Origin: a virus | Direction: 5' to 3' (one strand) | Length of the DNA: 64,000 nucleotides | Virus record (IMG/VR): IMGVR_UViG_3300035689_000007 | Span: 1-64,000 of that record | Shown: one piece after another, positions 18,754 to 28,899 of the stretch | How the letters are laid out: every line of letters begins with the position of its first letter | Numbering within the stretch: position 1 is the first letter of the stretch | The notes under the pieces: model-generated | Databases searched by the model: none | What the model was told of the DNA's origin: nothing | What the model saw: the letters and a program-made list of their open reading frames with translations, nothing else | Translations under genes and position numbers: made by a program

Positions 18754-20346
18754 TTGAATTGGTTTCCACTTAAAAACTTGACACATTACAGTTTGTTAAA
18801 AGCGTTTTCTAAGCCAAAAGAATTAGCATCTCTATGTGCTAAGTTCGATTATCCAGCCTGTGGAATATGTGATTATAAATCTATATCTGGTGCAGTGTCG
18901 TTTTTTCAAGCTTGTAAAAATGTTGGTATAAAACCAATTATTGGCTGCACGTTTGATAATAACACCGTGTTTGCAAAAAATAAAAATGGATGGCTGGATC
19001 TAATTACTCTTGTATCTTCAATGGATGATAACGGTCAAATACCAAATGACATCGTTCAAGATATCAACGATAGAAAAAATCTTATATATGTAAATGAGAT
19101 CGGCATTAACAATAGTTTTTATACTAAACCGGAACATGCGAACTTACACAGAGTATTATTATGCTCAGAATTAAAGACTACACTTCCAAAGATTCAAAAG
19201 CAGGTTCGTAAAGGAGAATTATCTGAAGATATATCAGACTACTTTAAAAGTGATAATAAGCATATTGTTCCACAAAAAGTATGCAAGAAATTACAAGAAG
19301 TTTATAACACATGCGAGGATTATGACATTCTTAGTAAGCCAATTTTACCAAAGTTTGAGTGTCCAAATAATTTATCCGAAGAGGAATATCTTAAAACGTT
19401 GGCTAGGAATGGATGGAGAGAATTGCTAATTAACACTGGCAAGGTAAAAGACAGTCATAACAAAGATATCTATCTAAAAAGATTTAACCTAGAACTAGAA
19501 GTAATTAAAAATGCAAACTTGTTCGGATATTTTCTCATAGTACAAGATATTATGAACTATGTCCAAAAAATGGGATGGATGATAGGACCGGGAAGAGGTT
19601 CTGCCGCAGGGTGTTTAATATCATACCTTATAGGTATAACACAAATAGATCCAGTAGAATATGATTTATTGTTTGAAAGGTTCTATAATGCTGGCAGAAA
19701 TTCAGATGATCATATATCATTACCAGATATAGATATGGATGTGCCAGCACAAAAAAGAGATTCTGTAATACAGTACTTAAAAGAAAAATATGGACATCAA
19801 CATGTAAGTCAAATGATCACTTTTGGAAGATTGCAGGGAAGAAGTGCCATCAAAGAAGTATTACGAATTAATGAGGCTTGTTCTTTTGCTGAGATGAATG
19901 CTATCACAAAGAGTGTTCCAAATGAAGCAGAAATTTCAGATCAGCTTGCAGAGATGGATGATGAAGATCGATCAATTATCAAGTGGTCACTAATAAATAG
20001 ATCTAAAGAATTACAAGATTTCTGTTATCTAGATGATAATGGAGCATTGCAGGGACAATATTCTGAATTTTTTCAACAAGCAATAGAAATAGAAGGGACA
20101 TTTAAAACACAAGGCAAACACGCTGCCGGGGTTGTTATATCAGCAAATCCTCTGAATGGTGTATGCCCAATGGTTAAACCAAAACATGGTACAGAAAAGG
20201 TGGCTGGACTAGAAATGTCGGACTTAGAGGCTTTAGGTCATGTTAAGTTTGATGTTCTTGGGATTAATCTGTTAGATAAGTTGATGAAAATTAAAGACAT
20301 AACAATGAACGATACTAACAAAGCATCGGAGACAATATATGGCTAA
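18754..20346 (+). CDS. dnaE: DNA polymerase III alpha, N-terminal part (degenerate PHP, palm, thumb)
   Basis: THYSLL, GIKPIIG, YFLIVQD, GPGRGSAAG, LLFERF, PDIDMD, GKHAAGVVI, VKFDVLG, then stop. Confidence 0.93.
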   Translation: MNWFPLKNLTHYSLLKAFSKPKELASLCAKFDYPACGICDYKSISGAVSFFQACKNVGIKPIIGCTFDNNTVFAKNKNGWLDLITLVSSMDDNGQIPNDIVQDINDRKNLIYVNEIGINNSFYTKPEHANLHRVLLCSELKTTLPKIQKQVRKGELSEDISDYFKSDNKHIVPQKVCKKLQEVYNTCEDYDILSKPILPKFECPNNLSEEEYLKTLARNGWRELLINTGKVKDSHNKDIYLKRFNLELEVIKNANLFGYFLIVQDIMNYVQKMGWMIGPGRGSAAGCLISYLIGITQIDPVEYDLLFERFYNAGRNSDDHISLPDIDMDVPAQKRDSVIQYLKEKYGHQHVSQMITFGRLQGRSAIKEVLRINEACSFAEMNAITKSVPNEAEISDQLAEMDDEDRSIIKWSLINRSKELQDFCYLDDNGALQGQYSEFFQQAIEIEGTFKTQGKHAAGVVISANPLNGVCPMVKPKHGTEKVAGLEMSDLEALGHVKFDVLGINLLDKLMKIKDITMNDTNKASETIYG

Positions 20347-21019
20347 TAGAGACTATATCATTTTTGACTTTGAAACCGGATCTAGAAATCCACACAAAAC
20401 TCAACCAACCCAAATTGCCGCAATAGCACTAGATGGAAGAAATTTTTCAGTCAAAGGTACTTTTAATAGTGAAATATGTCCAATTTTTGATGAAGAAGAA
20501 GCAATAAAACTTGGATTAGATCCAGTAGAAGATGAAGCTCTCAAAATAACACATAAAACAAAAGAACAGCTAGAACAAGCTCCAGATGTAAAATCTGTTT
20601 GGAAAAAATTTGCTAAGTTCGTAGAACAATACAATTGGAAAAATGATCCATTTTTTAATCCTGTTCCAGTAGGATTCAATATTATTGGGTTTGACATGAT
20701 TATTGTGAATAGGTTGTGTCAAGAATATGGCCCTTGGGACAAACAAAAAAACGTACAGAAAATATTTAGTAAAGTCTATAAGATAGATATTATGGATATG
20801 ATATTTTCTTGGACTGAGGGCGATCCAAGCATAAGATCAATAAGTATGGATTCTTTAAGAGACATTATGGGATTATCAAAAGATAATGCACATGACGCAT
20901 TACAAGACGTAAAAGATTCAGCAAATATCTTCATTAAGATGATGAAAACCCATAGAGCGGTTTATAGAAATATAGAATTTGAACAAGCTTTTGCTAATGG
21001 AAATTTATATGTCAAATAA
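20339..21019 (+). CDS. dnaQ: DEDDh 3'-5' exonuclease (Pol III epsilon-like)
   Basis: ExoI DFETG, ExoII FNIIGFD, ExoIII HDALQD. Confidence 0.88.
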   Translation: MANRDYIIFDFETGSRNPHKTQPTQIAAIALDGRNFSVKGTFNSEICPIFDEEEAIKLGLDPVEDEALKITHKTKEQLEQAPDVKSVWKKFAKFVEQYNWKNDPFFNPVPVGFNIIGFDMIIVNRLCQEYGPWDKQKNVQKIFSKVYKIDIMDMIFSWTEGDPSIRSISMDSLRDIMGLSKDNAHDALQDVKDSANIFIKMMKTHRAVYRNIEFEQAFANGNLYVK

Positions 21020-21692
21020 TATAGTAGCTTTTAGTAATTACGATAATAACTTTTCGGCTGTTAACAGTATAACATATCCACACAATAAAACATACTTTGA
21101 TAAGCATGACATAGAATATATTGTGTTTAATAACAGCGCAATAAATATGATTAAAACATCTAGTCAACATGTAACTAAGTGCTATTATATTAAGTGGTTA
21201 TTACTTCAACACATGCTAGAAACAAGGTATGATGTTGATTATTTTTTTGCTATAGATACAGATATAATCATATGTGACTTTGATATAGATTTAAGGCTTT
21301 TTACTAAGCTATCGAATAGGGATATTTTGTTGTGTTCTGTAGAAGACTGTTCGCCAAATATGTTTTGGAATATAAATGCTGGATCTATGATTGTAAAAAA
21401 TAGCGATGCTGTTAAATCTTTCATACGTGCATATTTAGAGATAGCAAAATTGTACGACTATAATATTATTGACCAAGTACTATTGCAGGGATTTATAGAT
21501 AAAAAGCCAGAATACAGACATCTATTTGCTATATTTCCATCTTGCACATTTAATCACGGTGGAGTTGATTCATTCTTATATCACGATTGTAGCATTAGTA
21601 CATCTAATAGATCTTTAGAAGAATGTATAGCAACAAAGACACGCAATTTAAAAACCGCTATTAATAAACTAACCAATAAACATGAACAATAA
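21009..21692 (+). CDS. Glycosyltransferase, GT34 (GMA12/MNN10)-like
   Basis: IKW, FFAIDTDIII (DxD), INAGSMIVKN, DQ..L. Confidence 0.65.
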   Translation: MSNNIVAFSNYDNNFSAVNSITYPHNKTYFDKHDIEYIVFNNSAINMIKTSSQHVTKCYYIKWLLLQHMLETRYDVDYFFAIDTDIIICDFDIDLRLFTKLSNRDILLCSVEDCSPNMFWNINAGSMIVKNSDAVKSFIRAYLEIAKLYDYNIIDQVLLQGFIDKKPEYRHLFAIFPSCTFNHGGVDSFLYHDCSISTSNRSLEECIATKTRNLKTAINKLTNKHEQ

Positions 21693-22056
21693 ACAAACAA
21701 TACAACATAGAAAAAAATGGATAGATACATATAAAATATCCAGAGGTTGCGATATTTGTGGCTACAATAAGCATCCAGCCAGTTTATGTTTTGATCATTT
21801 GCCTAATTTTGAGAAAGCAGAAATAACTAAAAACGGATGTTCAAAAAGAAGTTGTGCTGGTGGTATGTTTATGATGTATGGTAAAAAATACGATGTTGAA
21901 GAGTTGATTTCTGAGATCAAAAAATGTAGAATACTGTGTCACAATTGCCACATGGAGTGTACCCATAAAAAAAACATACATCTCAATATTATTCCAGAAA
22001 TGACAGTTGAAGATTTATTCACAAAGTTGAGAAATGAAAACTATGAAATACAATGA
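21682..22056 (+). CDS. HNH endonuclease
   Basis: CDICGY...LCFDHL...EIKKCRILCHNCH. Confidence 0.8.
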   Translation: MNNKQTIQHRKKWIDTYKISRGCDICGYNKHPASLCFDHLPNFEKAEITKNGCSKRSCAGGMFMMYGKKYDVEELISEIKKCRILCHNCHMECTHKKNIHLNIIPEMTVEDLFTKLRNENYEIQ

Positions 22057-23602
22057 TGATAAAACATGGCAGCTATTTGCAGAAGGCAAAACTAAGGGAA
22101 TCTTTCAATTAGAAAGCAACCTTGGAAAGTCTTGGTCTAAAAAGTTGGCCCCAACAAACATAGAAGAATTATCTGCTTTAATTGCTATTATTAGACCGGG
22201 ATGTTTAAAAGCATATGTAGATGGAAAATCTATGACACAACATTTCGTAGATAGAAAACACGGAAGAGAAGAGATAACATATCTTCATCCATCGCTAGAA
22301 GAAGTGTTGAAAACAACATATGGCGTTCTAGTATATCAAGAACAATCTATGCGTATAGCACAAAAAATAGCTGGATTTGATTTACAAGAAGCAGATATGT
22401 TAAGAAAAGCCATAGGAAAGAAGAAGGCTGATCTTATGGCTAAAGTGAAAAAGTCTTTTATAGAGGGTGCTGCAAAGGTTAATATAGTTACTAAAGAAGA
22501 GGCAGAAGAAATATTCGGCTGGATAGAAAAATCTTCAAGATACGCTTTTAATAAGTCTCATAGCATTTCATACGCCGTGTGTTCATATTGGAGTGCTTAT
22601 CATAAAGCTCATTTTACCAAAGAGTTTTTTCTTTCTTATTTATACTACGCTCATGAAAAACAAGACCCACATCAAGAAATATATGAATTAGTTTCTGAAG
22701 CTAAAATATTTGATATACAGACTAAAACTCCTAGTGTTAAAAACTTTGCTGAAAAATTCAACATAAAGCATAACAAAATCTATTTTGGATTAAAGGATAT
22801 CAAATCTTTGAGTGGAAAAAATGGAGACGCAATAATAGAAATTATTGGCGAAATACAAAAAGAACACAAGAAAAAAATTCATGAGTTTACTTGGTTAGAA
22901 ATATTATTATTTATGTCTCCAAGAATCAATTCTACAGCATTCAAGGCTTTAGTATCTATTGGATTCTTTAGAGATTTAAAAGATCAAGTAACAAGAAACA
23001 AAGCTTTATATGACTTTGAAATCATAAAAACTCTAACTAAAGCAGAGTTTAATTGGGTACAACAAAATTATCATACTAATAAGTGGGAAGATTTAATATC
23101 ATGTTTAAGATCTTTAGCACCGACAAAGAAAAATGGGGGAGGAACGCACAGTGAGGATAGAAAACAGTCTATAGAAAATGAAATCAACTTATTAATTAAT
23201 CCTCCGTATGATTTAGAAGATGATCCAAACTGGATTATTGATCAAGAAACTAAATTCTTAGGATGTCCCGTCAGCATGACTAAGATAGAAATATCAGACA
23301 CATCATCCGCAAATACTTACTGTAAAGATATTGTTAATGGAAAACGTGGTAAAGATTTGTGCATTGTGGGTAATATAGTTAAGTTGTCAGACTATAAAAT
23401 CAAGAAAGGTGAATCAAAAGACAAATTAATGTCATTTTTGACTATTGAAGACGAAACTTGTATTCTAGATAGTGTAATAGTTTTCCCAAAAGTTAAAGAA
23501 AAATATAAGTATATCCTATACGAAGGTAATAATTTACTTTTTTGCGGCTCTGTAAGCGGACAAGATAATGCTTTCATAGTTGATAAAATTCATGAAATTT
23601 AG
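22034..23602 (+). CDS. dnaE: DNA polymerase III alpha, C-terminal part (fingers, HhH, OB fold)
   Basis: DDKTW, GIFQLES, RPG, RKHGRE, TYGVLVYQEQ, ADMLRKAIGKK, YAFNKSHS, FGLKDIK, MSFLTIEDET...VFP. Confidence 0.93.
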   Translation: MKTMKYNDDKTWQLFAEGKTKGIFQLESNLGKSWSKKLAPTNIEELSALIAIIRPGCLKAYVDGKSMTQHFVDRKHGREEITYLHPSLEEVLKTTYGVLVYQEQSMRIAQKIAGFDLQEADMLRKAIGKKKADLMAKVKKSFIEGAAKVNIVTKEEAEEIFGWIEKSSRYAFNKSHSISYAVCSYWSAYHKAHFTKEFFLSYLYYAHEKQDPHQEIYELVSEAKIFDIQTKTPSVKNFAEKFNIKHNKIYFGLKDIKSLSGKNGDAIIEIIGEIQKEHKKKIHEFTWLEILLFMSPRINSTAFKALVSIGFFRDLKDQVTRNKALYDFEIIKTLTKAEFNWVQQNYHTNKWEDLISCLRSLAPTKKNGGGTHSEDRKQSIENEINLLINPPYDLEDDPNWIIDQETKFLGCPVSMTKIEISDTSSANTYCKDIVNGKRGKDLCIVGNIVKLSDYKIKKGESKDKLMSFLTIEDETCILDSVIVFPKVKEKYKYILYEGNNLLFCGSVSGQDNAFIVDKIHEI

Positions 23603-23631
23603 TTGTTTTTTTGATGTGTACCAGCTAAAAT
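23603..23631 (+). promoter_or_regulatory. Candidate sigma70-type promoter for the ssb/glycosyltransferase operon
   Basis: TTGTTT-17 nt-TAAAAT, then GGAG RBS at 23641. Confidence 0.4.
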
Positions 23632-23649
23632 ATAAAGATAGGAGTTAAT

Positions 23650-23973
23650 ATGAATAATTGTTGTTTTACTGGCTATTTAGTTGATAATCCTAATACTTCT
23701 GTGGTAAACGATGTTGTATTAGCAGAATTTACAATAGTGGTATATACTTATCGTAGAACTAAAAGTACTGGAGAAAAAAGTAGAATTCCAACATATATAA
23801 AGTGTGAAGCTTGGCATACTGGGGCAGAAACTATAGAACGGTTTGCTACGAAAGGTACTAAAATCAGTATACAAGCATCTGCTAAAAATCCGTCAAAAAA
23901 TAGTGATGATATAATTTTTAGAGTTAATGAATTCGATTTATGTGACACAGAAGACTTTGAGGATTGTATATGA
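23650..23973 (+). CDS. ssb: Single-stranded DNA-binding protein
   Basis: MN...TGYLVDNP, FTIVV, CEAW..GAE, KGTKI; short acidic tail. Confidence 0.8.
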   Translation: MNNCCFTGYLVDNPNTSVVNDVVLAEFTIVVYTYRRTKSTGEKSRIPTYIKCEAWHTGAETIERFATKGTKISIQASAKNPSKNSDDIIFRVNEFDLCDTEDFEDCI

Positions 23974-25628
23974 GAAAGAAACGTATTTTATTTTGTAGCG
24001 AGGCCACTTTTCTTAATACCGGCTACGCCACATACACAAGGGAAATATTACAATATCTATATCAAACTGATAAATACGAATTGGCAGAATTAGCTGCTTA
24101 TGGAGATAGCGGCGATAGAAGATCTCTATATATACCTTGGAAATTTTATGGGGCTACCCTACCAAGAAACGCATCCGAAGATCAAAAAAGATTATATCAA
24201 TCAAAGTATTCTTATCAGTTTGGAGAGTACGCTTTTCATGATGTATGTCTTGATTTTAAGCCAGATATAGTGTGTGATATACGAGATTTTTGGATGTTAG
24301 AATTTGTTGAGAGGTCACCATATAGACCTTTCTTTAAGTGGTGTATTATGCCAACTGTCGATGCCTATCCACAGGCAAGACAATGGATTTCTACATATCA
24401 ATCAGCAGACGCTTGTTTAACTTATTCTGATTGGGCTGGCGAAGTATTAAAAAAACAGTCTAATGGAAATATTAATTACTTAGGATCTGCACCACCTTCA
24501 GCACATGCAGCGTATTGCATGATTAGAGACAAGAACGAATCTAGAAAATACTTAGGTATACCAGATCATTGCAAAGTTGTTGGAACCGTGATGAGAAACC
24601 AACGTAGGAAGTTATATCCAGATTTATTTAAAGCGTTTAGATTATTACTTGACAAAGTAGAAGATCCACAAAATTATCTTTTGTATTGTCATACAAGTTA
24701 TCCAGATATGGGCTGGGACATACCAGAATTATTACAAACATACAATTTATCGTCAAACACAGTATTTACATACGTTTGTACTGAAACCAAGAAGCCATTT
24801 GCTTCTTTTTTTCAAGGCCCACACGTAGTATCACCATTTACTAAAAAATTAACTGGTATTATGTCTAACGTTAAGTGCGGTATAGATTATCCAGAATTAG
24901 CAACTATTATGAATAGTTTTGATATATATGTACAATATGCTAATTCAGAAGGTTTTGGTTTACCACAAGTAGAAGCTGCCGCCTGTGGAATACCAGTAGC
25001 GTCTGTAAATTATTCAGCAATGGAAAGTGTTGTTAAACAATTAGGTGCAATACCACTAGATGTAAAGGCTCTATATCAAGAAATGGAAACTGGATGTATG
25101 AGGGCTGTTCCAGATAATCAAGATACTGCACAAAAACTATATGAATTTTTTCAGCAACCATCATTCAAAAGAAGTAAACTTGGTTTTGATATAAAACAGA
25201 ATTTTTTGAAATATTTTCAGTGGGATATTAGCGGATCTGTATGGGAAAGATATTTTGATAGCGTAGAAATATTGGACGAAAGAGAAACTTGGTTTTCTAC
25301 CCCTAGAATATTTAAACCGGCATCAAAGCCAGATTTCAAAAAGTTTAGTGATATACAGGAATATGCCACGTTTCTAATTAAACATGTTCTATGTAAAGAA
25401 GAAAAAATTAATACGTTTTTTCATTCTAAACTGGTTAGAGATTTACTATATGGTTTTACTACCGGTATTTCTGGCGGGGTATATCAAAATGATAGCTCTA
25501 TGATAGCTGATGGTAATGTTCAAAAAATATCTTTTGATTTTGATAGAGCTTATGAATATATGCTATCAATACGACTAGAAGAAAATGCAATAGAACAAAA
25601 AAGAGCGGAGGTATTTAAATTACTATGA
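23970..25628 (+). CDS. Glycosyltransferase family 4 (GT-B)
   Basis: TGYA, RNQRRK, FDIYV, SEGFGLPQVEAAACGIPV. Confidence 0.9.
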   Translation: MRKKRILFCSEATFLNTGYATYTREILQYLYQTDKYELAELAAYGDSGDRRSLYIPWKFYGATLPRNASEDQKRLYQSKYSYQFGEYAFHDVCLDFKPDIVCDIRDFWMLEFVERSPYRPFFKWCIMPTVDAYPQARQWISTYQSADACLTYSDWAGEVLKKQSNGNINYLGSAPPSAHAAYCMIRDKNESRKYLGIPDHCKVVGTVMRNQRRKLYPDLFKAFRLLLDKVEDPQNYLLYCHTSYPDMGWDIPELLQTYNLSSNTVFTYVCTETKKPFASFFQGPHVVSPFTKKLTGIMSNVKCGIDYPELATIMNSFDIYVQYANSEGFGLPQVEAAACGIPVASVNYSAMESVVKQLGAIPLDVKALYQEMETGCMRAVPDNQDTAQKLYEFFQQPSFKRSKLGFDIKQNFLKYFQWDISGSVWERYFDSVEILDERETWFSTPRIFKPASKPDFKKFSDIQEYATFLIKHVLCKEEKINTFFHSKLVRDLLYGFTTGISGGVYQNDSSMIADGNVQKISFDFDRAYEYMLSIRLEENAIEQKRAEVFKLL

Positions 25629-26737
25629 AAATACTATATGTGGGCCACTATAAAGAAAATAGTGGATGGTCTAATGCGGCAATTAATAATATATTGGCAT
25701 TAGATTCTATAGGTGTTGATGTAGTGTGTAAAGATATTAAACTGACAAACAAGCCATTCAATATTCCTAATAGAATTTTAGAATTAGAACAAAAATCTCT
25801 TAATGGTGTAACACATTGCATACAGCATATCTTACCACATCATATGGTAGGATCTGATCAATTCAAAAAGAGCGTTTGTTATTATGTTGGAGAATCAATA
25901 CATACTAAGAAAAATAGCTGGCATTCTTATTTAGAACTCGTTGATGAAGTTTGGGTTCCAAATATTGATTTGCATAAAAATACTCAACAGTTCGTTAGCA
26001 ACGCGGTGCGTATACTTCCACACACATTTGATATAAATAAATATCGTCAGGAGTTTAAGAAGATAAATTTTGGATCTGAATCAAGTTTTTTTAAGTTCTA
26101 TACTATTGGTGACATCAATGATCGAAAAAATATGATTGAAACCATTAAATGTTTCTATCACGCATTTTCTAGCGATCAAGATGTGTTATTCATTGCTAAG
26201 ATTAAGAAGCATGGATTAACACAATCTAATCTACAAAAATATACAGAACAATTATGTGAATCTATACAAAATAGTATGAAATTATATTCAGATAAGACAA
26301 AATATGGAAACGTAAGATTTATTACGAGTGATTGCGATGACGATTTCATATATGCATTGCACAACTCTTGTGATTGTTTTCTTAATATTTCACATGGAGA
26401 AGCTTGGTCTATACCATCTTTTGAAAGCATGTGTTTTGGAAATACGCCAATATGCTCTAATGAAGGTGGTCCAGCGATGTATATAAATGATGATAAAGCA
26501 CACGGAACATTGATAGATGGCACATATACCATATGTAATCAATCTGACGCTGCTTTTGATCATATATTCACCGGTTCAGAATTTTGGTTTCAACCGAATC
26601 ATATATCAACAGTAAATGCCATGAAATTTTACTATGAACACAGAGATGTTAAAAACAAGGAAGAGTGTTTAACTTATGCATCTAAGTTTGATTATAGTAT
26701 TATTGGACAACAAATAAAGGATATGTTAAATGACTAA
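25625..26737 (+). CDS. Glycosyltransferase family 4 (GT-B)
   Basis: SGWS.AA, DEVWVP, RKN, DCFLNISHGEAWSIPSFESMCFG. Confidence 0.88.
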   Translation: MKILYVGHYKENSGWSNAAINNILALDSIGVDVVCKDIKLTNKPFNIPNRILELEQKSLNGVTHCIQHILPHHMVGSDQFKKSVCYYVGESIHTKKNSWHSYLELVDEVWVPNIDLHKNTQQFVSNAVRILPHTFDINKYRQEFKKINFGSESSFFKFYTIGDINDRKNMIETIKCFYHAFSSDQDVLFIAKIKKHGLTQSNLQKYTEQLCESIQNSMKLYSDKTKYGNVRFITSDCDDDFIYALHNSCDCFLNISHGEAWSIPSFESMCFGNTPICSNEGGPAMYINDDKAHGTLIDGTYTICNQSDAAFDHIFTGSEFWFQPNHISTVNAMKFYYEHRDVKNKEECLTYASKFDYSIIGQQIKDMLND

Positions 26738-27713
26738 ACTTGCATCACTATTTCGTAAACTCAGCGATGTAGAAAAATATAACATTATTACCTTTCCAAC
26801 ACACGAAAGGTATGAAACACAGTTATGCAAAACTGGACACAACTTCTTTTCTTTAAATAGGGAAGGAAGAAAAACTTGGAATACTCAACAGGTTAATATT
26901 CCAGAAAACTACTTTATACAAAATGGTAAATTCAATTCATATATAACATATGACATGATATTAGTTCAAAGTAGATTTGATGATCAATTTAGCTTGGCGC
27001 ACCAAATAAAACAAAGTTTAGATATACCAATTATAGTATTAGATCATAGCTTACCACCACCAGAAATCAATACAAAAATAAGAGATATGATAAGAAGTTA
27101 TTCTGGTAATGTCAATGTATTTATTTCTGAATTTTCTAGGGACTGTTGGCAAATAAACAGTCAAAATAATATCGTTATACATCACGGTATCGATAGTAAT
27201 ACATTTACACCTAAAGATAATATAGATAAACAAAAATATGTATTAACAGTTGCAAATGGATTTACACAACGAAAAGATTTACATTTCAACGATTGGTTAG
27301 AAATAACTAAAAATATCGAAAACAAAATTGTGGGAGATAATCCCGGTTTATCTGAATCTGCCAAAGATGTCAATCATCTAGTTGAAGAATATAATAAGTG
27401 TAGTGTCTATCTTAATACATCGCGTACACCAATACCAATGAGCTTATTAGAAGCAATGTCTTGTGGGTGTGCGGTTGTTACAGTGAAAGATAGTATGATG
27501 GTTGATATCATAAATAATGGAGTAAATGGCTTTATTAGTAATGACACTAAAGAACTTACCGATATGATAAATTTGTTAATGGGCGATGAAAATTTAAGAA
27601 AGTCAATTGGAAATAAAGCTAGAGATACAATTTTACACAACTTTTCAGAACAATCTTTTATAGATAAGTGGAACACATTATTTAAAGATACATACGAAGG
27701 AAAATATCAATGA
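26730..27713 (+). CDS. Glycosyltransferase family 4 (GT-B)
   Basis: IHHGID, VYLNTS, PMSLLEAMSCGCAVV, NGVNGF. Confidence 0.9.
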   Translation: MTKLASLFRKLSDVEKYNIITFPTHERYETQLCKTGHNFFSLNREGRKTWNTQQVNIPENYFIQNGKFNSYITYDMILVQSRFDDQFSLAHQIKQSLDIPIIVLDHSLPPPEINTKIRDMIRSYSGNVNVFISEFSRDCWQINSQNNIVIHHGIDSNTFTPKDNIDKQKYVLTVANGFTQRKDLHFNDWLEITKNIENKIVGDNPGLSESAKDVNHLVEEYNKCSVYLNTSRTPIPMSLLEAMSCGCAVVTVKDSMMVDIINNGVNGFISNDTKELTDMINLLMGDENLRKSIGNKARDTILHNFSEQSFIDKWNTLFKDTYEGKYQ

Positions 27714-28135
27714 ATTTAAACTTTACATACAAAACAAATCATATTGAAAATTTTATCAACATAGATGCTACGTCCGACAAATTAGAAGCAGAACTGAAAC
27801 GTATATCAGCTTCATCTTGTAGTAATATTATTATTTCAGAATCTATCAATTATCTTAATTATGATGAATCAAAAACAACACTAGTAGAAATAATTAGTAA
27901 ATTGAGAAAGGGTGGAAATATTTCTATATCTACTGTAGATTTTGATGCAATATCAACAAATTTTATTAATGGTGATATAGACATACCATATCTGTGCAAC
28001 ATACTGAGTAGTATTAAATCCATAATACCAAATCAACATGTAATCAGCCTAGTGAAAGATCATAATGTCAAAATAATTAGCATTGAAAAAAGAGATTTTT
28101 TGTTTATTATACGTGGTTATAGAGAAAATACATGA
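27710..28135 (+). CDS. Degenerate SAM-methyltransferase-like protein
   Basis: NLN...FINID and KLRKGGNISI..DFD match class I MTase spacing, but the Gly-rich motif I is absent. Confidence 0.5.
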   Translation: MNLNFTYKTNHIENFINIDATSDKLEAELKRISASSCSNIIISESINYLNYDESKTTLVEIISKLRKGGNISISTVDFDAISTNFINGDIDIPYLCNILSSIKSIIPNQHVISLVKDHNVKIISIEKRDFLFIIRGYRENT

Positions 28136-28899
28136 AGACAAAAAGCTGTATAACATCTACCAAAAAAAGCCATAAAGCAGTAGAACAAGTAAAACATGAT
28201 TGTTTTGTGAGCGTTGTTTTAATACATGATCAGCAGATTAATAGAATGAAATCGTATATGCCATTAGCATTATTACAAATAGATGATAATAACACGCTGT
28301 TAGATTTGCAGATCAAGGCTATAGAAAAAAAGTTTCAAAAATATGAAGTTATAGTGACGGCAGGATCTCATATAGAAAAAATAGTAAGACACATCAAACA
28401 AAAATATAGAAATCAAAATATTAGAGTTATAGAAAATACGATGTCTCAAGAAACTACAAACGCAGAAAGCACCAGATTATCTTTAAATAACATCAACAAT
28501 GATAAAATTTTTATTATTGACGGCCACCTATTTTTTACTGACAAAATTTTTGAAGAAATAAATCCCAATGAATCTTTTGTTTTATGCAATAGAGAAAAAG
28601 ATGATAGTTTAGAAATAGGCGTAAACGTGGGTGAATTAGACAATGTTCAATATTTTTCTTATGGGGCTAATTTCGCATGGTCTGAGGTAATATTTTTAAA
28701 TGCCTCAGTTTCCGTTGAACTAGAAAAGATACTGTCTACAAAACAATTTCAACAAAAATTTCTATTTGAAGCTATAAATGAAATGCTAAAGAGAACTAAC
28801 ATAAAACAAAAATACGTTGATGTAAATAATGTCATCAAAATCAAAAACAATAAAACATATCAAAGAGCTAGGAGTAGACATGAAATTCATAGTCGATAA
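28132..28899 (+). CDS. Sugar-phosphate nucleotidyltransferase-like protein (degenerate)
   Basis: RMKSYMP.ALL.I, VIVTAG, IEN...TNAES, IIDGHL, FLFEAIN; lacks AAGxG. Confidence 0.65.
   Translation: MKTKSCITSTKKSHKAVEQVKHDCFVSVVLIHDQQINRMKSYMPLALLQIDDNNTLLDLQIKAIEKKFQKYEVIVTAGSHIEKIVRHIKQKYRNQNIRVIENTMSQETTNAESTRLSLNNINNDKIFIIDGHLFFTDKIFEEINPNESFVLCNREKDDSLEIGVNVGELDNVQYFSYGANFAWSEVIFLNASVSVELEKILSTKQFQQKFLFEAINEMLKRTNIKQKYVDVNNVIKIKNNKTYQRARSRHEIHSR

Noticed and set aside
20250-22100. Split intein or group I/II intron joining the two dnaE halves
   Set aside because: No Hint motifs at either junction. The interval is filled by overlapping protein genes, leaving no room for a structured intron core. 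Not excluded experimentally.
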